A stretch of DNA of 64,000 nucleotides from an uncultured Chloroflexia bacterium (GTDB lineage: Bacteria; Chloroflexota; Limnocylindria; Limnocylindrales; CSP1-4). The position numbers and the translations under genes were made by a program. Each line of letters opens with the position of its first letter. Within the stretch, counting starts at the first letter, position 1. Below are positions 61,259 through 64,000 of the stretch, in pieces. The DNA lies in NCBI GenBank assembly GCA_963788235.1, contig CAWBFV010000004.1, positions 572,996-636,995 on the forward strand, given 5' to 3'. The notes below the pieces were generated by a model, which was not told where the DNA came from, did not search any database, and was given only the letters and a program-made list of their open reading frames with translations.

Positions 61259-61675
61259 ATGCTTCTCGTCGAACGCCTGATCGCGGCCGCCGCGGTCTTC
61301 GTCGCCGCCCACTTCGCGATGGGCTTCATCAACTCGAGCGCCGGCGGAAGCGGTGGCTCGCTGCTCTTCCCGTTCGCGACCAACGCCCCGACCCGCTGGG
61401 TCTTCGGAAGTCTCGACGGGATGCTCGGGCTGCTCGTCCCGGTGATGATCGGACTCGCCGCGATCGCCGTCCTGACGTTCTTCCTGGCCTTCTTCGCGGC
61501 GCTCGGCCTGTGGGTTCCGGCGAACCTCTGGCGGCCCCTCGTCCTGGTCGGCGTGGCGTGTTCCGTGGCCCTGCTCGTGCTTCACCCGAGCGTGTACGCG
61601 GCTCTGCCGCTGGCGCTGAACGCGGGCCTGGCGTGGGTCGCCTGGACGTCGGTCTGGACACCCGCCGCGGCCTGA
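61259..61675 (+). CDS. Hypothetical four-TM membrane protein
   Basis: AAHFAMG...LFPFA...WRPLVLVGVACSVALLVLH...LALNAGL. Confidence 0.7.
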   Translation: MLLVERLIAAAAVFVAAHFAMGFINSSAGGSGGSLLFPFATNAPTRWVFGSLDGMLGLLVPVMIGLAAIAVLTFFLAFFAALGLWVPANLWRPLVLVGVACSVALLVLHPSVYAALPLALNAGLAWVAWTSVWTPAAA

Positions 61676-61706
61676 CGCATCGCATCCACCGAACCTCTGG
61701 AGAAGC

Positions 61707-62554
61707 ATGACCTCGCGACTCAAGTTCGCCGATCGCCTGGCGCTGGTTGCCCTCCTGTTCGCCGCGATCGCCGCGATCGCCGGCCTTCTCGTGCCCGGCC
61801 TGTACCGCGACACCGCCGATGGCATCAGGCAGGCTCGCGCCACCGACCTCGTGACGCTCCTCGTCGCCGTGCCGGCGCTCGCCATCGGGCTGTGGCGCGC
61901 CCGCGCGGGCTCCGTCGGCGGACGGTTCGTCGCCATCGCCGCCCTCGGCTATCTCGCGTACTCGTACGCCATCTATGCGTTCTCGGTCGTGATCGACCCG
62001 CTGACGCCGGTCCACATCGCCATCCTCGGTCTCGCGACGTGGTCGCTTGTCCTGACCGTCTTCGCCCTCGACGACGCGACCCTCGATCTCGCGTCCAGCT
62101 TCCGGTTCCCGCGTCGGACGACCGGCGGGTTCCTCATCGCCGTCGCCGGCCTCTTCGCGATGCTGTGGCTCAGCCAGATCGCCGGCGCCATCACCAGCGG
62201 CCGACTGCCGGCGCCGTGTCGGACCTGGGTCTCCCGACGAGCCCCGTCTATTCGCTCGATCTCGCGTTCGCCGTCCCGCTGATCACGCTGGCCGGCGTCT
62301 GGCTGATCCGGCGCGACCGTCGTGGGCCGGCAGGCGCCGCGGCAGGGCTCGCGTTCCTGGTCATCCTCGGACTGTCGGTCCTCGCGATCTTCGCCTTCGA
62401 GGCTGCGGCCGGCGTCGCCGTCGAAGTCCCGCCGATCGCGATCTTTGGCGCGGTCACCGCGACGGCCGCCGTCCTGTTGGGTACTGGGTTGGCGGGCTCC
62501 GCCCGACAGAGCACGCGGGGACGGTCTGAGCGTCTGTCGAATGCGTCGGCTTGA
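61707..62554 (+). CDS. Multi-TM hypothetical membrane protein; frameshift near 62210
   Basis: GLYRD...QARATDLVTLLVAVP...LGYLAYSYAIYAF...AMLWLSQI / PTSPVYSLDLAFAVP, spread over ORFs 61707-62282 and 61892-62554. Confidence 0.72.
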
Positions 62555-62796
62555 GTCGGCGCGCCGCAGCGGTCGTGCCACGCCGTAGCAAATCCCGCCC
62601 GGAATGGATACACGTGGGAGGACGTCAGCCAGCGCGAGCGGCGCACTGACTGAGAGAGGCCGATCTGCAACGTTAGGACTACTCAGCGGATGGCGGGATC
62701 CGTCAAGCGGGGTGCTACGGTGCGGGCGTCGCTCGGAGGAAACCAGCGGCCGACCGCATCTGACGGCCGGCGTACGCGGGCGAGGGAAGGTGACCC

Positions 62797-63312
62797 ATGT
62801 CCGCCCCCGCCGCCGAACTCTTGCTGCTGCCGCCCCGATCCCTGATCGCGTCGAGCGCTCGAGCGGCCGATCCTGCGCCGCTCAGCGTCCGCCGCTTGAA
62901 CCTGATGCGGGTCGGCTACCTGTTCATGGCCGTCGGCCTGGTGCTCGTCAAGTGGCCTCTGATCATCAGCGGCACCGTCGCGACGTTGCCGGTGTACGAA
63001 GGTGTGGTCGCCGTCCTCCTGACGGCCATGTCACTGCTTGCATTCCTGGGGCTTCGGTACCCCATAGCAATGCTGCCGGTGCTGATGTTCGAGGTGGGCT
63101 GGAAGGTCATCTGGATGGCTGTCGTGGGCATCCCGAACCTCGCTGCTGGTGACATGAACGCGCAGTTCACGAGCGTGTTCTTCAACGTCTGCTTCGGCGT
63201 GGTCGTCCTCGCCGTCACGCCGTGGGACTACGTCTGGAAGCGCTTCGTGCGCGCACCGGGGACCGTGGCGCTAGGCCCGGGACAGCCGACGCGCGTCACG
63301 AGGACCCAGTGA
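62797..63312 (+). CDS. Hypothetical four-TM membrane protein
   Basis: RLNLMRVGYLFMAVGL...KWP...LGLRYPIAMLPVLMFEVGWKVIW...TPWDYVWKRF. Confidence 0.75.
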   Translation: MSAPAAELLLLPPRSLIASSARAADPAPLSVRRLNLMRVGYLFMAVGLVLVKWPLIISGTVATLPVYEGVVAVLLTAMSLLAFLGLRYPIAMLPVLMFEVGWKVIWMAVVGIPNLAAGDMNAQFTSVFFNVCFGVVVLAVTPWDYVWKRFVRAPGTVALGPGQPTRVTRTQ

Positions 63313-63998
63313 GCGCGCCTTCGGCGAGCCCAATCGCTACGCCCGCATCGGGGGCGCGCTGTACCTCGTCATCATCGTCGCGGGGATCGTGGGTCCGCTC
63401 GTCACCCGCGAGGTACTCGTCGTGGCGCATGACGCCGTGGCGACCGCGAACAACATCGCGTCATCCCCGAACTGTGGCGACTCGGCATCGCCCTTGATCT
63501 CGTCGCGCAACTCTGCGATGTGCCCGTCATGTTGATCCTGTTCCTGCTGCTCTCGCCGGTGAACAAGAGCGTCGCTCTCTGGCACTGCTGTTCAACGTCG
63601 TTCAAACATCGACGCTGGTGGCCAACCAGCTGACGCTCGTCGCTGCGCAGCTCTTGTCCCCTGATCAGCCCGCGTTAGCGGACGTTGCCCTTCGCGCGTA
63701 CTCATTCGGGGAACCCATCGGCCTCGTGTTCTTTGGGTTCACCTGCATCCTGGAGGGGTACCTGATCCGGCACTCCGGCTACCTGCCGTGGATCCTGGGC
63801 CTGCTGATGCAGATCGCCGGTGTGGCGTACGTGGCGAATACGTTCCTGCTGCTTTTGGCCCCTGGTGTCGCGAGCATCGTCTTCCTGATCCCGACCGTTG
63901 TCGCAGAGCCGTCACTGGCGCTGTGGCTCGTCGTCAAAGGCGTGGATGTCGCGAAGTATCGCCAGGTCAGCGTGGCCGCCAATCAGGCTCCGGGGTGA
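63309..63998 (+). CDS. DUF4386 family membrane protein; several frameshifts
   Basis: RYARIGGALYLVIIVAG...ATANNI / LWRLGIALDL...LSPVNKS / GLVFFGF...GYLIRHSGYLPWILGLLMQIAG...AEPSLALWLVVKG. Confidence 0.75.
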
Positions 63999-64000
63999 AG

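Overview
High-GC bacterial chromosome segment (roughly 70% GC by eye). Gene content and style suggest a Chloroflexota-like or Actinomycetota-like organism; this is inferred, not confirmed. About 70 CDS are present. Many carry single-base indels that look like long-read consensus errors (aceE, GT4, M20 deacylase, TM0106 nuclease, DUF1992, Mo-oxidoreductase, kdgK and several island genes). Layout: (1) 0-19 kb is a general-stress-like neighbourhood with an OmpR-family response regulator, three paralogous PAS histidine kinases, many small proteins, GT4, an ABC-2 exporter, type IB topoisomerase, SRPBCC, GlsB/YeaQ and CorA, with aceE embedded. Seven promoters here share a TGNNA-N6-TG(C/T)(A/T)A direct repeat exactly 44-45 bp upstream of a -10 hexamer, which is the main finding (a candidate undescribed stress regulon). 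(2) 19-40 kb is housekeeping and mixed genes: GSDH lipoprotein, MarR, FAD oxidase, amidinotransferase plus M20, MFS, TM0106 nuclease-helicase, SCO1664/DUF3090, Mo-oxidoreductase and a class A PBP. (3) 40-49 kb is a GntR-controlled ABC/deacetylase/kinase/GH4 amino-sugar locus with a 28-bp palindromic operator, plus eda-kdgK. (4) 49-64 kb is accessory DNA with msrA, Crp, an epoxide hydrolase and many membrane proteins, and a tRNA-Gln-like 3' fragment at 60.53 kb marking a probable integration junction. No rRNA, intact tRNA, CRISPR array, integrase or transposase was seen.
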